From positions 173,086 through 237,085 of the forward strand of contig JBGAGQ010000002.1 in the NCBI GenBank assembly GCA_044226625.1: a stretch of DNA of 64,000 nt, in the 5' to 3' direction. The stretch is from Thermoanaerobaculia bacterium. Its GTDB lineage: Bacteria > Acidobacteriota > Thermoanaerobaculia > Multivoradales > UBA5704. Shown here piece by piece: positions 40,297 to 48,833 of the stretch (position 1 is its first letter; each line of letters opens with the position of its first letter). The position numbers and the translations under genes were made by a program. The notes below the pieces were generated by a model, which saw only the letters and a list, made by a program, of their open reading frames with translations, was not told where the DNA came from and did no database searches.

Positions 40297-40548
40297 CATT
40301 CGATTTCACGGCCGAGGAAATCGATTTCCTGTCCCCCGAATTCGTTCATCCGGTCCAGAAATTCGATTTTCTACGTCCCGAATTCGAGTTTCTCTCTCGC
40401 GAATTCGAATTTCTGTCTCCCGAATTCGAATTCCTAGGTCCCGAATTCGATTTCGCCGCCGAGGAATTCGATTTTCTGGCCTACGAATTCGATTTCGGCG
40501 ATGGCGAATTCGAATTTCTCCGCCGAAAAGTCGGATTCCGCCAAGCGA
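40297..40548. repeat. Degenerate tandem array, 12 x 21 bp, core AATTCGATTT
   Basis: Units at 40297, 40318, 40339 ... 40528 with exact 21-bp period. Confidence 0.9.
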
Positions 40549-40615
40549 TCCCGCTGGAGAGTCGGCCACTGCACGAAACCCGTGCTACCCTCTGGGTTGA
40601 ACCTGAGGAGCGAAC

Positions 40616-40852
40616 ATGAGGCGACTCAACGTGACCTTGGTCGTCGACGAAGACCTGCTGCGGGAAGCCAGGGCCGTCGCCGCGCGCCAGCACACCTCCA
40701 TAAACGAAATGGTCCGTCAATACTTGAGGGAGGTCGTGAGCCAGGAAAACCAGCGCCGTGTCGCCTTCGAGCGCATCGAACATTTGATGGCGAATCCCAA
40801 GGTGCATCTCGGCGGTGCCCGCCCGTCGAGAGACGAGCTCCATGAACGCTAA
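40616..40852 (+). CDS. RHH-type antitoxin (DUF6364-like)
   Basis: NVTLVVDEDLLREARAVAARQHTSINEMVRQYL; overlaps the PIN gene. Confidence 0.85.
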   Translation: MRRLNVTLVVDEDLLREARAVAARQHTSINEMVRQYLREVVSQENQRRVAFERIEHLMANPKVHLGGARPSRDELHER

Positions 40853-41270
40853 CCTCACGGCATTCGTCGACACCAACGTGCTGGTCTATGCCGTAAGCGA
40901 CGACGAACCCGAAAAGCAGCGCAGAGCCCGAGAGATCGTCTCTCGTGGATTTGCCGAGGGTTGTTACGCGATCAGCACTCAGGTGATGCTCGAGTTGTAC
41001 GTCAACGTGACGAAGAAGGCCCGAATTGGACTCCCACCCGCGGAGGCGTTCGAATATGTCCGCGCGCTTTCTCAATGGCCGGTGATCGAGATGACCCCCG
41101 AGCTCGTCCTGGCGGCCCTCAGCCTCTCTGAGCGATCGATGATCTCGCCTTGGGATGCGGCGATTCTAGAAGCCGCGAGACAGGCCGGTTGTCCTCGGGT
41201 GCTCACCGAGGATCTCGCCGAAGGCCAGAGCTACGTCGGGGTCACGGTCGAAAATCCGTTCGCTGGATAG
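40842..41270 (+). CDS. PIN-domain (VapC-like) toxin
   Basis: FVDTNVLVYA, STQVMLE, WDAAILEAA, LTEDL, VENPF. Confidence 0.9.
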   Translation: MNANLTAFVDTNVLVYAVSDDEPEKQRRAREIVSRGFAEGCYAISTQVMLELYVNVTKKARIGLPPAEAFEYVRALSQWPVIEMTPELVLAALSLSERSMISPWDAAILEAARQAGCPRVLTEDLAEGQSYVGVTVENPFAG

Positions 41271-41432
41271 GCAGAGGCCACGAGCTACAGTGCTCGGGGA
41301 GCCGAGCCGACCGTTCCCTTTCTCTGCCGGTCCAGGCCACCAAGAGCACCGTTAAAAGCAGGTCGCCCCCGGGATCCAGCACCTCCGGCAGCATGCGTTC
41401 CTCGGAGCGAGTCCCCATAGAATCGCTCGCCG

Positions 41433-42707
41433 ATGGAACCGACCCTCGCCAAATCCGCGCCCCCGACCGTCGGCATCGGTTGGCTGATCCGGCTTCGTTG
41501 GCTCGCCGCCGCGGCTCAGGTCCTCGGACTCGTACTGCTCGGCGCGAGCCCGAGCGATGCTTTATCCCCTCTCGCCTACGGCGTGCCCCTGGCCGTCGCG
41601 CTGACCAATCTACCCGCCCGCGGGGCCGCGGATCGGTTCGGTTTCGACCGCGTGGCGGCGTCGCTCCTCGCCCTCGACACGCTCTTGCTGACCGGTTTGC
41701 TCGCCGCGACGGGCGGGGCGCTGAACCCGTTTACGATCTTCTACCTCGTCGAGATCACCCTCTCCGCCCTCGTGCTCTCCCCTGCCGCCACCTGGTGGAT
41801 CGCGCTCCTTTCGGCCGCCGGGTTCGGATCGCTCTTCTTCGCCGGCTCCGACTCGCCGCTCGCCCACATGCGCCTGACGATGGCCGATCACCTGAAAGGC
41901 ATGTGGATCGCCTACCTCTCGGCCGCGACTGCGACGACGGCGTTCGTCACGGCCCTGCGGGCGAACCTCGAGCGCCGCGAGCGCGAGCTCGCCGAGGTGC
42001 GCGCCCAGCGCGACCGGAACGAGCGTCTCGCCGCCCTCTCGACGCTTGTCGGCGGCGCCGCGCACGAGCTCGCGACGCCGCTCGCGACGATCGGGGTGAT
42101 CGTGGGCGAGCTGCGGAGAGAGGGCGGCTCGGGCGTTCCCCCGCAGATCGCGGAGGACCTCGATACCGTCGCCGAGGAGCTGGTGCGATGCCGCGCGATC
42201 CTCGACGAGATGGCGGCCGGAGCGGGAGAAAGCCCGGGCGAGCGATCGTCGGAGGTCTCGGCCGCGGCTTTACTTACCTCGGCGATCGATCGGCTCGAGC
42301 CGGAACGGCGGCCCCGGGTGAGCGCGGACCTCCACGGTGGCGAAGAGCTTCTCCACGTGCCGCCGCGCGCCGTCGCCCGCGCCCTCGAGGGCCTGCTGCG
42401 CAACGCGTTCGAGGCCTCTCCGCCGAACGCCGGGGTGGTGGCCCGAATCGAGGTCGAGCCACCGGTCGTGCGCTTCGTCGTCGAAGATCGCGGCGGAGGC
42501 CTCGACGAGCGATCGCTTCGCCACGCCGGGGAGCCGTTTTTCACCACCAAAGGAGCCGGCAAGGGGCTGGGCCTCGGCCTGTTCGTGGCGCGTTCGCTCG
42601 CCGGTCAGCTCGGAGGCGACCTGACCCTCGCTCCGGCCACGGCCGTCGGTACGGGGGGCACGGTCGCCACGCTCACCCTGCCGCTCGCGAAAACCCAGGA
42701 CCGATGA
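41433..42707 (+). CDS. regB: RegB/PrrB-like sensor histidine kinase
   Basis: LRWLA, TGGALNPF, AAHELATPL H-box, 'RC' Cys, PFFTTK, GLGLGLF. Confidence 0.85.
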   Translation: MEPTLAKSAPPTVGIGWLIRLRWLAAAAQVLGLVLLGASPSDALSPLAYGVPLAVALTNLPARGAADRFGFDRVAASLLALDTLLLTGLLAATGGALNPFTIFYLVEITLSALVLSPAATWWIALLSAAGFGSLFFAGSDSPLAHMRLTMADHLKGMWIAYLSAATATTAFVTALRANLERRERELAEVRAQRDRNERLAALSTLVGGAAHELATPLATIGVIVGELRREGGSGVPPQIAEDLDTVAEELVRCRAILDEMAAGAGESPGERSSEVSAAALLTSAIDRLEPERRPRVSADLHGGEELLHVPPRAVARALEGLLRNAFEASPPNAGVVARIEVEPPVVRFVVEDRGGGLDERSLRHAGEPFFTTKGAGKGLGLGLFVARSLAGQLGGDLTLAPATAVGTGGTVATLTLPLAKTQDR

Positions 42708-43270
42708 CCGAGATCCTCCCCGGCGACCTGCTGCTCGTCGAAGACGACGCCAACCTGCGCAAAGCGCTCGCCCGGGCGCTCGGCGGACGCGGCTTCACGG
42801 TCGCCGCGTTCGGGACCGTTGCCGAAGCGACCGATCATCTCGCGGCGGTCGGCGCGAACGGCGAGGACGGCGCCGCGCCCCGGTTTGCCGTCCTCGATCT
42901 ACGGCTGCCGGACGGCTCGGGGCTTGATCTCGTGCCTCTCCTCCTGGAGCGCTCTCCGGGGGCGCGCGCGGTGATCCTCACGGGTTGGGGCTCGATCGCG
43001 ACTGCGCTTCGTGCGCTGCGCCTCGGCGCGGTCGATTTCCTCGCCAAGCCGGTCGACGTCTCGTCCCTCGTGCGCGCCCTGTTCGACGAGGCCCGCGACG
43101 AAGCGGACGAACGGGAAGACGCCATCCCGACCCTCGACCAGGTCGAATGGGAGCATCTGCAACGGGTGCTCGAGGAATCCGACGGCAATGTCTCGCTCGC
43201 GGCCCGCCGGCTCGGCCTCCACCGGCGCTCGCTGCAACGAAAGCTCTCGAAGCGGCCGACGACCTTCTGA
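42704..43270 (+). CDS. regA: RegA/PrrA-like response regulator
   Basis: LLVEDD, VLDLRL, GSIATA, LAKP, WEHLQRVL..GNVSLAARRLGLHRRSLQRKL. Confidence 0.88.
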   Translation: MTEILPGDLLLVEDDANLRKALARALGGRGFTVAAFGTVAEATDHLAAVGANGEDGAAPRFAVLDLRLPDGSGLDLVPLLLERSPGARAVILTGWGSIATALRALRLGAVDFLAKPVDVSSLVRALFDEARDEADEREDAIPTLDQVEWEHLQRVLEESDGNVSLAARRLGLHRRSLQRKLSKRPTTF

Positions 43271-43300
43271 ACCTCGCGGCGGCGCTCCCCCTCCCGACGT

Positions 43301-43315
43301 GCGACGATTTGCCGC
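43301..43315. promoter_or_regulatory. RegA/RegR-type binding box
   Basis: GCGACGATTTGCCGC; the reverse complement is GCGGC-N5-GTCGC. Confidence 0.7.
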
Positions 43316-43354
43316 ATCGCGGTATCGAAGCGGTCGAGCTACTCTCACCTCACC

Positions 43355-43912
43355 TTGTTCGCCGATCTCTCCCCAAGCTCACCCACCGCTCCTTCGAAGC
43401 CGTCCGATTCTTCTCACTTCCTTCGGCTCGCCGGGTTCTATCTGTTCGCGGCCGTCCTCGGGCTCTCGGCCTGCGGTCGCTCCCCCGAGGAGGAGGTCGC
43501 CGCGGGGCGTGAGCTCTATCGAACTCGCGGTTGCGCGAGCTGCCATGGCGAAAACGGCCGCGGCGACGGCCCGGCTCGACCGTCTCTCCGTCGTCCGCCG
43601 CGGGACCTTCACCGGCCGGAATCTTTCACGCAAGGCCGCACGATCGCCGAGATCGCGAAGACCCTCGAAACCGGGATCCCCGAAGGGGGCATGCCCGCCG
43701 CTTCGTACCTGCCGGAAGACGAGCGCCGCGCTATCGCGATCTACATTCGTTCTCTCGGGTTGCGCCCGGGAGAATCTCTAAGGAGTGAGCTTTCATGGAC
43801 CGTGTCCTCCGTGCTTTCGCAGCGCTCGCCCTCGCCGCTTTCGCCGCCCCGCTCTTCGCCCACCACACCGCGGAAAAGCCCGTCGTCGGGCAAGCCTGGG
43901 TGCGGGAAGTGA
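43355..43912 (+). CDS. Mono-heme cytochrome c lipoprotein (ends uncertain)
   Basis: Lipobox LSAC, CASCH, GGMP Met ligand; the reading frame runs 118 bp into the next gene. Confidence 0.75.
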   Translation: MFADLSPSSPTAPSKPSDSSHFLRLAGFYLFAAVLGLSACGRSPEEEVAAGRELYRTRGCASCHGENGRGDGPARPSLRRPPRDLHRPESFTQGRTIAEIAKTLETGIPEGGMPAASYLPEDERRAIAIYIRSLGLRPGESLRSELSWTVSSVLSQRSPSPLSPPRSSPTTPRKSPSSGKPGCGK

Positions 43913-44259
43913 TCCCGGGCCAGGAGGCGACCGCCGCTTACCTGGTGATCGAGAGCCGCGATCATGAAGCCGACGCGCTGATCGGCGCGAGCTGCGACGC
44001 CGCCGGAACCGTCGAGATCCATACGATGAAAAACCAGGCGGGCATGATGGTGATGAAGAAGCTCGACCGCCTTCCCCTCGCGCCGGGAGGCAAGATCGTG
44101 CTCGCACCCGGGGGAAACCACCTCATGCTGTTCGGCCTCAAAAGAGATCTCCGCGCGGGCGATCACGTGCGTCTGAAGCTGACCTTCCAGGCGGCGGGAG
44201 AGGTCGAGGTCGACGCTTCGGTCAAGGCCCAGGAGCTCGAGAATCATGCCCACCGCTAG
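43795..44259 (+). CDS. Copper chaperone PCu(A)C
   Basis: AWVR, AAYL, EIHTM..MMVM, PGGNHLML. Confidence 0.92.
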   Translation: MDRVLRAFAALALAAFAAPLFAHHTAEKPVVGQAWVREVIPGQEATAAYLVIESRDHEADALIGASCDAAGTVEIHTMKNQAGMMVMKKLDRLPLAPGGKIVLAPGGNHLMLFGLKRDLRAGDHVRLKLTFQAAGEVEVDASVKAQELENHAHR

Positions 44260-44887
44260 GGGCCGGCTGGCCGCCATCCTCATCCTCGCGGCGCTCCTCG
44301 GCGCCGGGGCTTCCTGTCGGCGCTCGCCCGCCGAGGATCCGGACCTAGTGGTCGAAAAATACGGTGGGGATTTCACTCTCACCGGCGACAACGGCCGGCC
44401 GCTTTCGCTGCATGATTACCGAGGCCGGATCGTCCTCATGTTCTTCGGCTATACCGCCTGCCCGGACGTCTGCCCGACCACCCTCTCCCGGGTCGCGCGG
44501 GCCTATGCGCTTTTGGCGAAGGAGGGGATTCCACGGGACGAGATCCAAACCCTCTTCGTCACCGTCGATCCGGAGCGCGACACGCCCGACAAGATCCGAA
44601 AATACCTCACCTATTTCGGAGTGAACGCGGTTGGGGCGACCGGCTCCCAGGCCGACCTCGAGCGGGTGGCCAAGAGCTTTGGAGCGGCGTTCTGGCGCGA
44701 GGAGGCTCCGAGCTCCGCGGCCGGCTACCTGATGAGCCATACGTCTTCGATCTATCTGATCGACCGCCTCGGCCGGGTCCGCCATGCCTTCGACTTCGAG
44801 GACTCACCCGAGCGTATCGCCGAGCTCGTCGCACGGCTCGCCAAAGAGGACTGCTGCCCAGCGACGCCCGCCGCCACGAAGCGATGA
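44246..44887 (+). CDS. SCO family protein
   Basis: FFGYTACPDVCPTTL, VTVDPERD, YLMSHT. Confidence 0.93.
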   Translation: MPTARGRLAAILILAALLGAGASCRRSPAEDPDLVVEKYGGDFTLTGDNGRPLSLHDYRGRIVLMFFGYTACPDVCPTTLSRVARAYALLAKEGIPRDEIQTLFVTVDPERDTPDKIRKYLTYFGVNAVGATGSQADLERVAKSFGAAFWREEAPSSAAGYLMSHTSSIYLIDRLGRVRHAFDFEDSPERIAELVARLAKEDCCPATPAATKR

Positions 44888-44995
44888 GCGGCGGTTCATC
44901 CGACCGCCTCTCCGGCGCGTAGGAATGCTCGAAACGCGGGGGCCCGGCGTGGTGCCCGCGCGTTCCCTTCACCCGATTCGCCCCGGAGAAGACCG

Positions 44996-47158
44996 ATGTC
45001 CCGTTCCCTCGCGAGACTCCTGCTCGCCGTCTGTTGTGCCGGCTCCGCCGGCCTCCCGTCCGCGTTCGGCCAGACCGAAGCGCCTTCGGCCGCGAGCGAA
45101 ACCGCCGGCGAAGCGAAACCTGTGGCGTCTCAGCCCGCCGATCGAGATTCGGGCGCCGACGAGAATCCCACCCCGGACGACCTGCGCGTCTACGACGAGG
45201 TCGAGGTCGTCGGCCGGGCGAGCGACCTCACCGGGATCGCCGACTCGGCGACCGAGGGGGTGACCGGCCGGGCCGAGCTTTCCCAGCGGCCGATCCTCCG
45301 GCCGGCGGAGCTGCTCGAAACGGTGCCCGGCGTAATCATCACGCAGCACAGTGGGAGCGGTAAGGCGAATCAGTATTTCCTCCGGGGGTTCAACCTCGAT
45401 CACGGCACCGATTTCCGGGTAAGCGTCGACGGCATGCCGCTCAACATGCCGAGCCACGGTCACGGTCAGGGATACGCCGATCTCAATTTCCTCATCCCCG
45501 AGCTGGTCTCGGCCGTCGAATACCGCAAAGGTGCCTACGACGCCTCGCTCGGCGACTTCTCCGCGGCGGGCGCGGCGCAGCTCGAGCTGGTCGATCGGCT
45601 CGACCGCGGCATCGCCCAGGTGACCCCGGGGAGCTACGGTTACGGCCGGGCGCTCGTCGCCGACTCGCGCGAGATCGGCGGCGGCGTCCTCCTCGGCGCG
45701 CTCGAATACGTCGCGAACGACGGTCCCTGGAAGCTGCCCGAAGGTCTCGAGAAGAAAAACGGGGTGCTGCGCTACAGCCGGGGGGATGCGGGGACCGGCT
45801 TCAGCCTGACGGCGATGGGCTATGACTCCTCGTGGGATTCGACCGATCAGATTCCGACCCGCGCCGTTCGCGAAAGGCTCGTCGACCGCTTCGGCGCGAT
45901 CGATCCGACCGATGGCGGCCGCTCTTCGCGCTACAGCTTGTCGTTCGAAGAGCGGCGCGCGACGAACGAACGCCTCGACCGGTTCCAGGCCTACCTCGTC
46001 GCCTACGACCTCGATCTGTTCTCGAACTTCACGTTCTTCCTGGACGATCCGGAAAACGGCGACCAGTTCGAGCAGGTCGATCGCCGGACGATCGCCGGGT
46101 TCCAAGCCGACCGCCGGTGGTTTACGACCCTCGGCGGCCGGAGCGTCGAGACGACCGCAGGGCTCGAGGGACGCGGCGATTCGATCTCCAATGGCCTCTT
46201 TTCTTCCCGCGAGCGGCAGCGCCTCGGCACGACCCGAAAAGACGACATCCGTCAGATCTCGGTCGCTCCTTTCGCCCAGGCCCTCGTCCATTGGACCCCG
46301 TGGCTGCGGACGGTGACGGGCCTACGCCTCGACGGCTATTCGGCCCGAGTCACGAGCGACCTCGCGGCGAATTCCGGAGGCCGGACCGCGGCGCTTCTGT
46401 CGCCGAAGGTGAGTTTGCTCTTCGGACCGTGGCGGTCGACAGAGATCTACCTGAACTATGGCTACGGCTTCCACAGCAACGACGCGCGCGGCGCAACGAT
46501 CCGCGTCGACCCGAAAACGGGCGATCCGCTCCGCCGCGTCGATCCGCTGGTACGGGCGAAAAGCTTCGACCTCGGCGTGCGGACGAACGCCCTCCGCGGT
46601 CTCCAGACTACAATCTCGCTCTTCGCCCTCGACCTCGATTCCGAGCTGCTGTTCGTCGGCGACGCGGGCAACACCGAGGCGAGCCGGCCGAGCCGGCGGA
46701 TCGGCGTCGAGCTGGCGAACTTCTGGCGCGTCCGCCCCTGGCTCTCGATCGACGCCGATCTCTCCCTCTCCCGCGGGCGCTTCCGAGACGACGCTCCGGA
46801 AGGCGACCGCATCCCCGGCGCGATCGAGCGAGTCGCGGCGATCGGCGTCACCCTCACCGATACGAAGGGCCTCTCGGCGAGCGTCCGCCTCCGCTGCTTC
46901 GGCCCGCGCGACCTGATCGAAGACGGCTCCGTCCGCTCCCGCTCCTCGAGCCTCGTGAACGCCCGGGTCGCCTACCTGTTCGGGAGCCGGCTGGAGGTGG
47001 GCCTCGAGCTGCTCAACGCCCTCGACGCCCAAGCGAGCGACATCGACTACTTCTACGCCTCGCGCCTCCCCGGCGAACCCGCCGAAGGGGTCGAAGACCG
47101 GCACTTCCATCCCGCCGAGAAGCGGTCCGCCCGGCTTACCGCGGAGTGGCGGTTCTAG
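44996..47158 (+). CDS. TonB-dependent receptor
   Basis: Signal peptide, plug 'QHSGSGKANQYFLRGFNLDHGTDF', barrel strands, terminal WRF. Confidence 0.9.
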   Translation: MSRSLARLLLAVCCAGSAGLPSAFGQTEAPSAASETAGEAKPVASQPADRDSGADENPTPDDLRVYDEVEVVGRASDLTGIADSATEGVTGRAELSQRPILRPAELLETVPGVIITQHSGSGKANQYFLRGFNLDHGTDFRVSVDGMPLNMPSHGHGQGYADLNFLIPELVSAVEYRKGAYDASLGDFSAAGAAQLELVDRLDRGIAQVTPGSYGYGRALVADSREIGGGVLLGALEYVANDGPWKLPEGLEKKNGVLRYSRGDAGTGFSLTAMGYDSSWDSTDQIPTRAVRERLVDRFGAIDPTDGGRSSRYSLSFEERRATNERLDRFQAYLVAYDLDLFSNFTFFLDDPENGDQFEQVDRRTIAGFQADRRWFTTLGGRSVETTAGLEGRGDSISNGLFSSRERQRLGTTRKDDIRQISVAPFAQALVHWTPWLRTVTGLRLDGYSARVTSDLAANSGGRTAALLSPKVSLLFGPWRSTEIYLNYGYGFHSNDARGATIRVDPKTGDPLRRVDPLVRAKSFDLGVRTNALRGLQTTISLFALDLDSELLFVGDAGNTEASRPSRRIGVELANFWRVRPWLSIDADLSLSRGRFRDDAPEGDRIPGAIERVAAIGVTLTDTKGLSASVRLRCFGPRDLIEDGSVRSRSSSLVNARVAYLFGSRLEVGLELLNALDAQASDIDYFYASRLPGEPAEGVEDRHFHPAEKRSARLTAEWRF
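47077..47158 (+). repeat. Direct repeat copy 1 (3' end of the TonB receptor gene)
   Basis: Imperfectly duplicated at 48032-48111. Confidence 0.9.
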
Positions 47159-47399
47159 CTAGCGGGGGAGGATTCGAGATGGGGGCGGTGCGGTCCGCCG
47201 AAAGAGCCCCTCTTTGAAAGAAACCCACCCCTTCTGGCGCGAGAGAGCCCCCCTCCTGGCCTCCCCCCGCATGCGGGGGGAGGGACCCTGCGCCGAGAGG
47301 AAGTAGGAGTCGGGAGGTGGGCGTCCCTGTGGGGCAGAAAGGGCCGGGCGGGCCTCCTCCCCCGCTAGCGGGGGAGGATTCGAGGTGGGGGCGGTGCGG
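47158..47399. repeat. Cluster of REP-like palindromic elements
   Basis: 36-nt unit at 47158-47193 and 47364-47399 (35/36 identical); perfect 24-bp palindromes at 47260-47283 and 47355-47378. Confidence 0.8.
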
Positions 47400-47451
47400 A
47401 CCCGGCGAACGACGGTGAGAAATTCGGGCTAGGCCGGCACAGCCTGTCGCC

Positions 47452-47742
47452 TCAGCGGAGCCTCCAAAGCCCCGGCTTCCGCCGGTGGTGGAGGACGGCG
47501 AGGACGACGACGCGATCGGCCTCCGGTTGGATGTAATAGATCGAGTAAGGGAACTTTCGGAGGACACACCGTCGAGCGCCGCCGATATCCGGGTATTGAA
47601 GCGGGTACTCGCGAATCCGATCGTAGCTCTGGCTCAAATCGAGAACGAATCGGCCGCCGAGGCCCGAACGTTCCGCCTCGTACCAATCTCGAGCTGCTCG
47701 GATTTGGGCCTCGGCCCGGGGCCGTACGATGAGTTGCATCAA
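47452..47742 (-). CDS. RelE/ParE family toxin
   Basis: AEAQIRAARDWYE..GLGGRF, RKFPYSIYY, VLAVLHHRRKP. Confidence 0.88.
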   Translation of the reverse strand: MMQLIVRPRAEAQIRAARDWYEAERSGLGGRFVLDLSQSYDRIREYPLQYPDIGGARRCVLRKFPYSIYYIQPEADRVVVLAVLHHRRKPGLWRLR

Positions 47743-47975
47743 CGAGAGGGATCGGAGCGCCGCAGCTCTTCCTCGATCTCTTCCCAGGGGCGCCCGGCTT
47801 CCGGATCCGCTCGATACCCCTCAAGTTCCTCCGCGATGACGTCTCGATGCCAATCCGGAACGGGGATCCGCTCTTCGTGCCGGGAGATCCGATCCCATAG
47901 TTCCTGAACGTAATCGATCTGGTCGCCAATCGGCAGGTCGTCGAACTCCGGAGGAACTCTTAGCGGCTGGCTCAT
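47739..47975 (-). CDS. Addiction module antitoxin (TIGR02574-like)
   Basis: VQELWDRI, VPDWHRDVI, PWEEI; overlaps the toxin start. Confidence 0.85.
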   Translation of the reverse strand: MSQPLRVPPEFDDLPIGDQIDYVQELWDRISRHEERIPVPDWHRDVIAEELEGYRADPEAGRPWEEIEEELRRSDPSR

Positions 47976-48031
47976 TAGCGAGAGATGCTACGCCGGGTCC
48001 GTGAGGACATCAACCGATTCGGATCGCTCCG

Positions 48032-48111
48032 ACCCGCCGGGGGTCGACGAACGGCACTTCCATCCCACAGAGAAGCGGTCCGCGGGGCAGACCGCGGAGT
48101 GGCGGTTCTAG
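48032..48111 (+). repeat. Direct repeat copy 2 (degenerate fragment of the TonB receptor 3' end)
   Basis: CGGCACTTCCATCCC..GAGAAGCGGTCCGC..ACCGCGGAGTGGCGGTTCTAG shared with 47077-47158. Confidence 0.9.
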
Positions 48112-48507
48112 TAGCCGGCTCTGCCGGGTAGCGCACTCTCCCGGGATCATGCCGATCTGCGGGGAGTCGACCAACGGCGAACGGCTCGCGCCCGAGACTC
48201 GCCGGTCCGACGCCGAATCTCCTGCCCGGAGCCGAAATCCCTCGGCCGCGTACTCCGGTTCGCAGGTCGAGCTCCGAATCTCCGGGTCTCACTCCAAAAA
48301 TGCTGGTGGAGCTGGAAATCGGCTGGCTGGAGTCCAAATCGCCTGGCGTTCCTGCAGCCAGGAGATTGCAGAGTCCCGCCAGCCATTCTCGGAGTGCCGC
48401 CGGGCTATTTCGAGCCCGAATGGCCGACTTGAAGCACCGCCAGGAAGTTTTCGACCGCCGCCAGCGAATTTCCCAGCGCAGCCGGTAAATCTGGAGTACG
48501 GCCAGCC

Positions 48508-48572
48508 GATATGACGTGCGACCAGGAGATTTGACGTGCGGCTGGGAGATTTGACGTGCGGCCGGGAGATTT
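48508..48572. repeat. Tandem repeat, about 3.2 x 20 bp (GATTTGACGTGCGGCxGGGA)
   Basis: Units at 48508, 48528 and 48548. Confidence 0.85.
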
Positions 48573-48833
48573 CTAGCTAGTTCTTCCCTAATCGCGAGCC
48601 CCAAGATGGCTTCTTTACTCCGATGAGGTCGGTCATGGAGACTTTTCATCGACGCCGTGCCGGGTTAGCTGTTCACCAGCAGACCGTCGTGGCTTGCGCC
48701 CGCCTTGGGGGAGCGCAGCAAGGAAGCGGCGCCCTTGTTCCCCGCCGTCCCCGCCGCATAACATCCGTCGTCGAATGACGACATTACCCTCGTCTCTCTT
48801 CCCACCGGTCCCGGCGGACGGAGCACCTTTCCC

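Noticed and set aside
40297-40548. CRISPR array
   Set aside because: The period is only 21 bp with degenerate ~10-bp cores, and there are no cas genes; the same applies to 52371-52622.
47975-48649. 224-aa minus-strand ORF
   Set aside because: It has no recognisable motifs and spans the duplicated gene end and repeats, so it is probably spurious.
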